IMG/VR virus record: IMGVR_UViG_3300009709_000001
Span: 253,336-317,335 of that record
Source: a virus
Taxonomy: Duplodnaviria; Heunggongvirae; Uroviricota; Caudoviricetes
Length of the DNA: 64,000 bases
Strand: one strand, 5' to 3'
Made by a program: the position numbers and the translations under genes. The notes under the pieces are model-generated. The model saw only the letters and a list, made by a program, of their open reading frames with translations. It made no database searches and was not told the origin of the DNA. Below, piece by piece: positions 8,260 to 16,074 of this stretch. Each line of letters begins with the position of its first letter. The first letter of the stretch is position 1.

Positions 8260-9200
8260 GAATACACATACGAGGCAAAACCCTACTTCAACCTCGCGAC
8301 ACACAACCATAAAGCTCAATATGCCCGCGAGGCCATGTGAAACCCTGTGTTAAGCTGTATAGATCAGCAGTAAGGAAAACACGTACAAGCCCGAGGTTGA
8401 AACTCTGGCCCGCCCTCGCGATAGAAAGCTTCCCCGTAACTGTTTCATGCGAGGCCCGAAATCCGCATTCGAAACTCTAGTTACATCTTGTTACAATTGT
8501 TACACATTGAATCACAGAACCTTTACTATAAGAAAAAGAACCTAAGCTGAACCTTTGTGTAGAAAAATTGTTAGGGCGTTTTCTGCCTCGTATGCATAGC
8601 GTATAGAAAAACTACGTAGTGTAGATTCAATGCGAGGCTCTATGTAGTGTAGAAAAACACTGTGATCCACACCAGTTGTTTTTCAATGTAGTGCAGAATC
8701 AACACAGTGCGAGGCCGAGGTATTCACTGTGGGGAGAGGGTTTCTACCTTCGAGTAACCGTAAAGGCATAGACCGGTTCGAAAGGTTCGGCCTAGGGTTT
8801 CTTTAGAGTAAAGGAAGGTGATAGCCTAGGGTTTCTCTCGAAACATAAGCCTATCTTTGCAGCAGGGTATCGAATCGATTGCCTACACGGTTATCGACAG
8901 AGTTTCACGACGACATCGAGACTTCGACACCAAGACTGAGACTTTGGCCGAAATCAACGCCAAGACGGGCATCGACCGAGACTTTGGCCTCTACGCACAG
9001 AAATCGAGACTTTTCGACACAGACGCGCTCCTAGACACGCATCAACGCACCATCACTGCGATCTACGTGGGAATTCTGTGTGAAATTCCTATCTTCACCT
9101 TGAAAATCCTCTACACAGCCTAAGGTGGGTTTCCAATTTGAAATCTCAATTCTTCGAGAGAGATTCATGCAAAAAACCCGATTCTAGTTTCGTCCTGGAT
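8260..9200. repeat. ~950-bp non-coding region with several short repeat families
   Basis: CGAGG..GAAAC(C/T)CT at ~60-bp period, GTAGTGTAGA x3, TAGGGTTTC x2, GAGACTT x4, triple GTTACA box at 8480-8504. Confidence 0.75.
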
Positions 9201-9208
9201 TTCGGTTG

Positions 9209-9466
9209 TTAAACGGACGAATTCAAAGCTTTACAGCATCTGGGTTTATCATGTTTCGACCATGTCAAGAGATTTGCATAGAACAGCGGAATCCCACCTT
9301 TTACTATAATAACAGTTTTTTCTTGTAAAGGTAAATCATACCCGTTATCAATGAAGAACTTATCTGGAATTATGTGATACAGTATCACATAATCATATTC
9401 TGTCATAGTGTATTCAACTATGTCGTATTTCAGCTTTAGGAAGAGCTTATCTTCTGTTGAGATCAT
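9209..9466 (-). CDS. LKY-array paralog 25
   Basis: MISTEDKLFLKLKY. Confidence 0.85.
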   Translation of the reverse strand: MISTEDKLFLKLKYDIVEYTMTEYDYVILYHIIPDKFFIDNGYDLPLQEKTVIIVKGGIPLFYANLLTWSKHDKPRCCKALNSSV

Positions 9467-9695
9467 ATTGGTGAAGATTGGTGAAGAAATCTGCGAGATT
9501 AGGTATGTAGTTATAATCTATCTGAATAAGAATATCAGACACACCGAATATACTCGTGTAATTATGCATAGTGAAAAACTCTTCGGGTATTGAATGACCG
9601 ATGTTGAGTAGCCACAAATTTAAGTAGTCGTCTACACTTGTTTCTACTATACTGTATTTCAGCTTTAGGTAAACTTTATCTTCAGTGCTGATCAT
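9447..9695 (-). CDS. LKY-array paralog 24
   Basis: MISTEDKVYLKLKY. Confidence 0.85.
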   Translation of the reverse strand: MISTEDKVYLKLKYSIVETSVDDYLNLWLLNIGHSIPEEFFTMHNYTSIFGVSDILIQIDYNYIPNLADFFTNLHQYDLNRR

Positions 9696-9907
9696 AGAGT
9701 CCTTTCATACATAACCAATATCCTGTACAGTTCGCATTCGAATTCTTCTACAGTGCGGAAGTTAGGAGAACACACTGCTTGCCATATTTCCATATAGACA
9801 TTTTCTGGAACTAGGTGACGAAATATGGCAAGATCTGTTCTAATAGAACATCCGGACCAGGCGGGATACTTCAGTTTGACGTGCAGGAGTTCTTCAGCGC
9901 TGATCAT
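9692..9907 (-). CDS. LKY-array paralog 23
   Basis: MISAEELLHVKLKY. Confidence 0.85.
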   Translation of the reverse strand: MISAEELLHVKLKYPAWSGCSIRTDLAIFRHLVPENVYMEIWQAVCSPNFRTVEEFECELYRILVMYERTL

Positions 9908-10035
9908 ATTCTTGTAGGGCTGCGTAGAGTTGGTTTAGATTCTATAGCTGCTGTGAAGATGACTTGGTAGTCATTCACTATAGGTTTACTGAGTTTATAC
10001 TTCAGTGTTATCAACAGTTTGTCTTCGCTGTTCAT
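9894..10035 (-). pseudogene. short, frameshifted LKY-array paralog 22
   Basis: MNSEDKLLITLKY...; C-terminal LYAALQEYD lies in another frame. Confidence 0.6.
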
Positions 10036-10279
10036 ATTCGAGAATGTCTGTTAGTAGTTCATTGTACTCGTGTTCGTGATACCATTCATTTCTTGATAGA
10101 CTTACACCTATATCGGGATTGGCCGGGTCTTGGTAGTCTACCACTGTTATGTTGGTATAACCTTTAGCCTTTAAGAAGAAGAATAATCCGGCATCGTACT
10201 TAATGAAGGCGGTCCGGGTCCTACTGAAGATTTCTGCATTGTACTTCAGTGTTATGAACAGCTTATCTTCTGGATTCAT
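9995..10279 (-). CDS. LKY-array paralog 21
   Basis: MNPEDKLFITLKY. Confidence 0.85.
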   Translation of the reverse strand: MNPEDKLFITLKYNAEIFSRTRTAFIKYDAGLFFFLKAKGYTNITVVDYQDPANPDIGVSLSRNEWYHEHEYNELLTDILEYEQRRQTVDNTEV

Positions 10280-10508
10280 AGTCGGCTAGGTCAGCCATCA
10301 ATATGCACATGAACTCGAGTGTATCGTAGTAGTCATAAAACCTATTCCTAGTTTTTAGTTGGCCGTGAAGTGTGTATGCATAATCGATTAGGAACTCATC
10401 GGGTAACGACATCATGGACTTTGGATAACGATCGAACATGCCGAGTTGGAATCTCTTTTCGGGTAGGTTGTATTTTAACCTAATGAATAGTTCATCTTCG
10501 TTGTTCAT
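10263..10508 (-). CDS. LKY-array paralog 20
   Basis: MNNEDELFIRLKY. Confidence 0.85.
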   Translation of the reverse strand: MNNEDELFIRLKYNLPEKRFQLGMFDRYPKSMMSLPDEFLIDYAYTLHGQLKTRNRFYDYYDTLEFMCILMADLADYESRR

Positions 10509-10761
10509 GATTTGGCTCCAGTTCCATTAGTATATTCGATAATGCTTCAAGTGCTTCTTCGGGTTTATCGCTGTAGATTTGAAGTAGTTGAATTCCGGGT
10601 TCGCCTGTGCTGAAGGTGTATACTCTGAAGTTCTCGTGTGTGTAGTGACCGATATATTCGGCTTGTTCTTCGGTTACATAACACACAACTTTTCGTAAGA
10701 GGTTAGTTTTTATACCGATGCGGTACTTCAGCGTTAAGTAGAGCTTGTCTTCTGCATCCAT
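10492..10761 (-). CDS. LKY-array paralog 19
   Basis: MDAEDKLYLTLKY. Confidence 0.85.
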   Translation of the reverse strand: MDAEDKLYLTLKYRIGIKTNLLRKVVCYVTEEQAEYIGHYTHENFRVYTFSTGEPGIQLLQIYSDKPEEALEALSNILMELEPNHEQRR

Positions 10762-10982
10762 TCTAGTAAGTCTTTCTTTAGGTGGTACATGAAGTCTAAT
10801 GAGTGGTAGGCATGCCCGGGTCGACTGTTTAATCTAACAAAGGTACTGGTATCGATATATCCGTATTCGAGTAGGAACTCGATAGGTATTTCTCTTGAGT
10901 ACTCAACCCACTGCACATAGTCGGCAAAGTGTACCGGAAGTCTATACTTCAGCTGTAGGTAGGTTTCGTCTTGACTGTTCAT
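10734..10982 (-). CDS. LKY-array paralog 18
   Basis: MNSQDETYLQLKY. Confidence 0.85.
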   Translation of the reverse strand: MNSQDETYLQLKYRLPVHFADYVQWVEYSREIPIEFLLEYGYIDTSTFVRLNSRPGHAYHSLDFMYHLKKDLLEWMQKTSST

Positions 10983-11199
10983 ATCGCATTAGTTGGCTGA
11001 TAAAGTATTCGGTACTAATCTCTTTGTACTTCAGGTTTAACAACACATCGTTGAACATGAAATTATACTCGGCTAGAAAGTCAGGTGGCAGAGATTCGGC
11101 ATAGAGTTTTCTTGCTCTAACTTCTTGTGGTGTAGTCGGGTATGGAGGTGGCATTCCATACTTCAACACTACCATCGATTTGAGTTCAGCATCATCCAT
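10942..11199 (-). CDS. LKY-array paralog 17
   Basis: MDDAELKSMVVLKYG. Confidence 0.85.
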   Translation of the reverse strand: MDDAELKSMVVLKYGMPPPYPTTPQEVRARKLYAESLPPDFLAEYNFMFNDVLLNLKYKEISTEYFISQLMRYEQSRRNLPTAEV

Positions 11200-11420
11200 G
11201 TTGCTAGGTGTTCGATTAGTTCTTCTGGTGTTAGATAATGATGTTCGTAGTCTTCATCCATCATTGAATATCCGAAGTGTGATGTGCTTAGTCTTAGATC
11301 GTGTCGGAATGCTATTGGCAGGTTGGTTAGATATTCGATACGTTGTCTACGTTCTGGATTGTATTGATCTGGTGGCCATCCGTATTTCAACACTGCAAGG
11401 GTTTTGAATTCTTCTATCAT
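11169..11420 (-). CDS. LKY-array paralog 16
   Basis: MIEEFKTLAVLKYG. Confidence 0.85.
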   Translation of the reverse strand: MIEEFKTLAVLKYGWPPDQYNPERRQRIEYLTNLPIAFRHDLRLSTSHFGYSMMDEDYEHHYLTPEELIEHLATWMMLNSNRW

Positions 11421-11662
11421 TGGTTGACACTGTATTGTGGATTGGCTAGAAGAAACTCTACAAGCTCGTTTTCGAGTTCCGGCCAGGAAGATCTAATTCG
11501 ATATAACTTCACCAATGGAGATTGAGTTTCGCTAGTGTACCTGTATTCTCTGTAGAAGTTAAAACGCCAAGGCTGACGTCCGATCATTTTTAGGAACTCC
11601 CATGAATCGCCGCCAGAGATAAGCTGTAGGCAAGTTCTTAGTTCGGATTCTCGTGTGTCCAT
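11417..11662 (-). CDS. LKY-array paralog 15 (divergent)
   Basis: MDTRESELRTCLQL. Confidence 0.75.
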   Translation of the reverse strand: MDTRESELRTCLQLISGGDSWEFLKMIGRQPWRFNFYREYRYTSETQSPLVKLYRIRSSWPELENELVEFLLANPQYSVNQ

Positions 11663-11898
11663 TTTGTTAACTCATCGATTAGGCGATTGATAAACTCGGG
11701 TGTATCAAACCAAATACCACGAACAATCAATGTTAAGTTACCGTTTGTACCGCAATATCCGTGATCGGTTAAGAACTCCCGCGGTATGCTTTGATACAGT
11801 TTCTGATGCATTGTGTATCCATAAATCCACTCCGGAAACTTTACTCCGTACTTCAGTTCAAGGAAGACTTTGTCAGCTTCAAGTTGTTCGCTGTTCAT
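11638..11898 (-). CDS. LKY-array paralog 14
   Basis: EADKVFLELKYG. Confidence 0.85.
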   Translation of the reverse strand: MNSEQLEADKVFLELKYGVKFPEWIYGYTMHQKLYQSIPREFLTDHGYCGTNGNLTLIVRGIWFDTPEFINRLIDELTKWTHENPN

Positions 11899-12145
11899 AT
11901 TCTAAGAGGTGATAGCACAATTTATCAAATCGGATGCTTCCGTCAACGTAGACACCAATATCAATTTCAGGTCCGATTCCGATAACGGATTGAACAAGCA
12001 TTACAAGCATTCCGTGATCAACTAACCATTCGTACAGTGAATCCCTGTCGGCAGTATTGAGGTAAACCCATTTGTGATTAGGGAACCTTTCTATCCTATA
12101 CTTGAGTGTAAGATATAGTCGGTTCATTTCGGATATATTGCTCAT
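11879..12145 (-). CDS. LKY-array paralog 13
   Basis: EMNRLYLTLKY. Confidence 0.85.
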   Translation of the reverse strand: MSNISEMNRLYLTLKYRIERFPNHKWVYLNTADRDSLYEWLVDHGMLVMLVQSVIGIGPEIDIGVYVDGSIRFDKLCYHLLEYEQRTT

Positions 12146-12383
12146 AGTATAGAAACTGTTTGAAGAATCTTAGCTTTGAATTATTGTCAGGACAAACCAT
12201 CAATTCGATCTTGTTGTATGTGCCGAATTTGAATGTGCGAAAGTCTTCGGGAAATATCTGAACATCAATAACACTCCCATCAAGTATCTCTTTACCGAAG
12301 CGTAGAGTAAGATAGGTGCATTCTTCGTCAGTAACGTCTTCGACGTTAATTTCTACTTTGATCGTATTCAAGGAGTTGGTCAT
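12096..12383 (-). CDS. LKY-array paralog 12
   Basis: DEECTYLTLRFG. Confidence 0.8.
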   Translation of the reverse strand: MTNSLNTIKVEINVEDVTDEECTYLTLRFGKEILDGSVIDVQIFPEDFRTFKFGTYNKIELMVCPDNNSKLRFFKQFLYYEQYIRNEPTISYTQV

Positions 12384-12582
12384 AGAAATGGTCTACTTCA
12401 TTGTCATGAATGATGTACATGGGATGGCACCAAGTATTCGGATAGTTATAGTGGTCAAAGAATTCGAATGGGATTAGGTGCTTGGACAGGAAATGACTGG
12501 TTTCGCGGGAATGCGTTTCTGTATCTTCGAAGTTGATTTTATACTTCAACCGCAAATACATTTTATCTTCACTCTTCATCAT
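12346..12582 (-). CDS. LKY-array paralog 11
   Basis: MMKSEDKMYLRLKY. Confidence 0.85.
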   Translation of the reverse strand: MMKSEDKMYLRLKYKINFEDTETHSRETSHFLSKHLIPFEFFDHYNYPNTWCHPMYIIHDNEVDHFYDQLLEYDQSRN

Positions 12583-12805
12583 ATGTCAGCAATCTGTGTA
12601 TCAAGTCTAATCTTGGACCTTCGGTGAAGAACCACATTACCTCTTCAAAGTCGTAATATCGATCAAAGAATTGTTTCGGAAGTTCTTTGCGCCAAATACC
12701 AGGGGCCTTTCGGAAGTCACGTATACCGTACTTCAACTTAATGAAGATCATATCTTCGTCAGTCGATAGTCGGTACTTGCCCGTTTGTGGATTGATCAAA
12801 CTCAT
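12569..12805 (-). CDS. LKY-array paralog 10
   Basis: DEDMIFIKLKYG. Confidence 0.85.
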   Translation of the reverse strand: MSLINPQTGKYRLSTDEDMIFIKLKYGIRDFRKAPGIWRKELPKQFFDRYYDFEEVMWFFTEGPRLDLIHRLLTYDEE

Positions 12806-12980
12806 AAAGTCTTTGATACAGGTATTCTAGGAACTCTTTGTAATCATCGAAGCGATCGGAAGCGAGTGCCCTGAACATTTCGTTATAGATTTTTGGAGGG
12901 CAGAGCCTTCGGAAATTATCGCCCTTGAGTGGGTTCCCGTATTTTATTTCTAAGTATAATCGGATTTCACTCGTTATCAT
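12759..12980 (-). CDS. LKY-array paralog 9
   Basis: MITSEIRLYLEIKYG. Confidence 0.85.
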   Translation of the reverse strand: MITSEIRLYLEIKYGNPLKGDNFRRLCPPKIYNEMFRALASDRFDDYKEFLEYLYQRLYEFDQSTNGQVPTID

Positions 12981-13284
12981 CGGTGTGTTCTATTGTTAGG
13001 CCTGGATATCCACGTTCTAGATAATAGATGCGAAGCAGACGATCGAGTACCATAAGGCCGGATTGATAATCGATTGCGTATTCTTGACAATACTTGAATG
13101 TCCGCATCATTATCTCTCGTCCACCTTCTGTAGTAGTGTTCGAAGATGCATCCCTGAATACAGTGAGTTCAATGAGTTCGTCCGGCAATGAATCCAGATA
13201 ACCCATAAGGTTTTTCTGCGGATCAGGATGGATCAGCTTGATCATCAACTCTAGTTCTTTGTCTTCTTCTAAGTCGTTGTTCAT
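12967..13284 (-). CDS. LKY-array paralog 8
   Basis: MNNDLEEDKELELMIKLIHPDP; resembles 14003. Confidence 0.75.
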   Translation of the reverse strand: MNNDLEEDKELELMIKLIHPDPQKNLMGYLDSLPDELIELTVFRDASSNTTTEGGREIMMRTFKYCQEYAIDYQSGLMVLDRLLRIYYLERGYPGLTIEHTDDNE

Positions 13285-13522
13285 AATCGAAAATTGCCTT
13301 ATATACGGACTTTGTGGTTCCCCAAGACGGCAGTAACCATCGATAAGGGCCCGGTGCCCACATCGAAGGAGTTTTAAGAAGTTCTCTGAAGCCACACGCC
13401 TCTGGATAGCCTTGTGGGAGATTGGCGAGGTAAACATACCTATCGTGTTCTCCTCTGTTGTAGGAGTAATGTGGTACGGGACCCAGTCTCAGTGCTATCT
13501 CTAATCTGTCTTCTTTTGTCAT
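13223..13522 (-). CDS. LKY-array paralog 7
   Basis: MTKEDRLEIALRLG. Confidence 0.8.
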   Translation of the reverse strand: MTKEDRLEIALRLGPVPHYSYNRGEHDRYVYLANLPQGYPEACGFRELLKTPSMWAPGPYRWLLPSWGTTKSVYKAIFDYEQRLRRRQRTRVDDQADPS

Positions 13523-13754
13523 ATTCGATTAACATCTCGTAGATATATTCTGAATCATAGAATGCACCTGTTGCCCATGTTCGAAATGCAGTTCCCTTGT
13601 CTTCGTTGAGTAAGCCAGATTCGAGCAGAAACTCGGTAGGTAGTCCATACAATGCCTTCAGGCGTTGTCCACTTTTTATTTCCGGCACATAATATTTCAA
13701 CTGGATCGCTGTTATCTCTTCAGCTGTCGGACTTATTTTCTTTTCTTCGGTCAT
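13440..13754 (-). CDS. LKY-array paralog 6
   Basis: AEEITAIQLKY. Confidence 0.8.
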   Translation of the reverse strand: MTEEKKISPTAEEITAIQLKYYVPEIKSGQRLKALYGLPTEFLLESGLLNEDKGTAFRTWATGAFYDSEYIYEMLIEYDKRRQIRDSTETGSRTTLLLQQRRTR

Positions 13755-13998
13755 ACGCAAGTAGGTTTTCCATGAATTCGGGAAAGAACTTTTCAATATT
13801 CTTTTGCACGTAATCGTCCACCTCTGGTACGATGTCATAGTATCCGGGTGTCACTGAAGGTCGTATGTATCCGTGATAGATGAGGAAACCTAATGGCAAG
13901 TGTTCACACTCTATACGGACGCGCGGAGACCGATTGTTGTCAACAGTCAGGAAGACATTGTACTTCAGCTTCAGGTATAGTGTATCTTCGGGGCTCAT
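13720..13998 (-). CDS. LKY-array paralog 5
   Basis: MSPEDTLYLKLKY. Confidence 0.85.
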   Translation of the reverse strand: MSPEDTLYLKLKYNVFLTVDNNRSPRVRIECEHLPLGFLIYHGYIRPSVTPGYYDIVPEVDDYVQKNIEKFFPEFMENLLAYDRRKENKSDS

Positions 13999-14002
13999 AA
14001 CC

Positions 14003-14263
14003 TTATTCGTACTTCATGAATTCTAGATTGATTATGTGGTTGAGTGTGATTTGGATGAATGGTTGTCGTACCTGTTCAAACATATCGTATTGGATCACAA
14101 TCGATCTTACGGTAGTTTCGTAATCATCCCTTAATATCGGACTATGTATCAAATCTAGTGCCGATTGTGGAAGACTACGGATATATCCTTCGAAGTCAAC
14201 AAATGGATCCGGATGACTTAACCGTATGAATAGTTCTATTTCTCTTCTTTGCTCTGGGGTCAC
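14003..14263 (-). CDS. LKY-array paralog 4
   Basis: EIELFIRLSHPDP. Confidence 0.8.
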   Translation of the reverse strand: MTPEQRREIELFIRLSHPDPFVDFEGYIRSLPQSALDLIHSPILRDDYETTVRSIVIQYDMFEQVRQPFIQITLNHIINLEFMKYE

Positions 14264-14514
14264 AATTCACAACCATTTTCGAAATTGATTAGTTGCAGGA
14301 GCATCCATTCGTAATCTTCCTGAAGAAGCGCCCAAGCTTTGCTAACCTTATGGTGTAGACGAAATTCCAGAGGTAGGCGATTAAAGAATTCAACTACTGG
14401 AACCCACATCATTTCATCGGGCAACGGACCGTATCGAAGTTCTAGATAGGTGCGATCTTCATCCCTCAATTCTTTGATCAAGAAGGTCTCGGTGCATCTC
14501 GACTTCGTATTCAT
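14260..14514 (-). CDS. LKY-array paralog 3
   Basis: DEDRTYLELRYG. Confidence 0.85.
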   Translation of the reverse strand: MNTKSRCTETFLIKELRDEDRTYLELRYGPLPDEMMWVPVVEFFNRLPLEFRLHHKVSKAWALLQEDYEWMLLQLINFENGCEL

Positions 14515-14764
14515 TCAAGTCCTTAATCAATCGTTCGATGAATTCTTCTTCGTCCACGTTCATACCGTGAATGTGATGCCCTTTGGTCAGCACTACCGGT
14601 TTCTCTAGATAGGTTCTTACTTCGGATGCATATCCGTACAACAAACGAAACTCTTCCGGTAACTTCTTAGCATACTCTAGCCAAGTTTCCGGAACGAAAG
14701 TCTTTGGCAGTTGCCCGTATCTTAGTTCAACATACAGGCGGTCTTTGGTATCAGCTCGGAACAT
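14459..14764 (-). CDS. LKY-array paralog 2
   Basis: DTKDRLYVELRYG. Confidence 0.85.
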   Translation of the reverse strand: MFRADTKDRLYVELRYGQLPKTFVPETWLEYAKKLPEEFRLLYGYASEVRTYLEKPVVLTKGHHIHGMNVDEEEFIERLIKDLNEYEVEMHRDLLDQRIEG

Positions 14765-15011
14765 ATACTGTCAACTCCTTGGCCATTCTTCTTGCGAAGT
14801 GAAGATTTGTGAATCGTAACCCACGATTGATATACTGGAGGTTAGTCTTACCGTCCGGTGCCTCCACCCAGTATCGAAATTTGATGTTAAAGTCACGCGG
14901 TAAGGACATCGTGAATTTATGATATTCAGTCGCATTGTCAAACCGCTCTGGCATCTCGACACCATATCGAAGTTTTATTATTACTTTTTCTTCGCCATTT
15001 ATCGGCTTCAT
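14751..15011 (-). CDS. LKY-array paralog 1
   Basis: EEKVIIKLRYG. Confidence 0.85.
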   Translation of the reverse strand: MKPINGEEKVIIKLRYGVEMPERFDNATEYHKFTMSLPRDFNIKFRYWVEAPDGKTNLQYINRGLRFTNLHFARRMAKELTVYVPS

Positions 15012-15107
15012 AATATCATTTTACGCTTATTTTAAGAAAGGTACAAATGGACACTTTCTAACGACCAATCAACGTCCAATTGCACGCATGCAGTGATTGG
15101 TGAAAAA

Positions 15108-15362
15108 TTATTCATCCTTCTTCACATAGCGTTCACGTTGCATGAAGTCCGTATCAGCTATCCATATGCCGATTAGATACGCAACAATAATCATATTCAT
15201 GATTGGTATCAACGAGGCAATCACGACTAGCATCATGGACGACATCACAGAACTCAACTTGTAGAAACCATAGTGTTTCGCAGTCAGATATTCTGTCCAT
15301 GCGCCGACACCAATAATGATTAGTGAACTGATGATATAAAGTAACGTACCGAGTGCTATCAT
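15108..15362 (-). CDS. small membrane protein, PxxN family
   Basis: 2 TM, LIPIMN. Confidence 0.8.
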   Translation of the reverse strand: MIALGTLLYIISSLIIIGVGAWTEYLTAKHYGFYKLSSVMSSMMLVVIASLIPIMNMIIVAYLIGIWIADTDFMQRERYVKKDE

Positions 15363-15363
15363 A

Positions 15364-15543
15364 TTATTCTTTTAAGAGTTGACGGACGACCCAAATGGCC
15401 GATACCGTATTAACGAGTGGTGTATAAATGAGAAAAGTGCTCTCGATATCGTCCAGAAAGATTTCGTCCCGCCGTAGGAGGATAACGAACCCTATGAACG
15501 AAACAATCGCACTGAGGATATAGATTGCAATGAGAATAGTCAT
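15364..15543 (-). CDS. small membrane protein, PxxN family (59 aa, not in track)
   Basis: MTILIAIYILSAI...YTPLVNT. Confidence 0.75.
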   Translation of the reverse strand: MTILIAIYILSAIVSFIGFVILLRRDEIFLDDIESTFLIYTPLVNTVSAIWVVRQLLKE

Positions 15544-15791
15544 TTTCTCATTGCAACCTTTCGCATAGATGGACTATTCAACCAATCCTCAACCATTGTC
15601 CAGATGCCGAGAGTTGCAGCAATAGCATTCACAAGAGGAATACTTGCCGAAAAGATACCACCGACCGCATAGAGTACGACTTCTTTTCTGGTTAGATAAC
15701 CAGACTTATTCAGTTCTTTCTTTGCGAAATAAGCCGCATTCACGGCAGTAATGGCAGCCGAAATCCAATAGATTAACCAAAACCAGAACAT
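15540..15791 (-). CDS. small membrane protein, PxxN family
   Basis: IYWISA...SIPLVN. Confidence 0.8.
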   Translation of the reverse strand: MFWFWLIYWISAAITAVNAAYFAKKELNKSGYLTRKEVVLYAVGGIFSASIPLVNAIAATLGIWTMVEDWLNSPSMRKVAMRK

Positions 15792-16057
15792 TATTCGTCC
15801 TCCTTAGGTTTCTTAACGAAGAACTTCTTATTCCACAGATTGGCATCTTCCATGATTGCATGACCGATACCGAAGATGAATACCAGAGTCGCAAGCGTAT
15901 TGATTATCGGCACAAATGCAATTATTGGAATACCGATTACGGAGACACAAATATCACTAAGTGTGAGACATCCTTGATCATCCCATTGTGCCCAAAGCAT
16001 CAATCCACAACAGGCAAGCGCAATGATTGCGCTCAAGATATAAATGGCCAGAAACAT
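15791..16057 (-). CDS. small membrane protein, PxxN family
   Basis: IYILSA...FVPIIN. Confidence 0.8.
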   Translation of the reverse strand: MFLAIYILSAIIALACCGLMLWAQWDDQGCLTLSDICVSVIGIPIIAFVPIINTLATLVFIFGIGHAIMEDANLWNKKFFVKKPKEDE

Positions 16058-16074
16058 TTCGTCCTTTCGTTCGT

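Noticed and set aside
8857-9123. 89-aa plus-strand ORF as a gene
   Set aside because: TTG start, no RBS or promoter, and it lies in the GAGACTT repeat block.
9209-15011. Array as integron cassettes or DGR targets
   Set aside because: Genes overlap, leaving no attC sites; no reverse transcriptase or near-identical template/variable repeat pair is visible.
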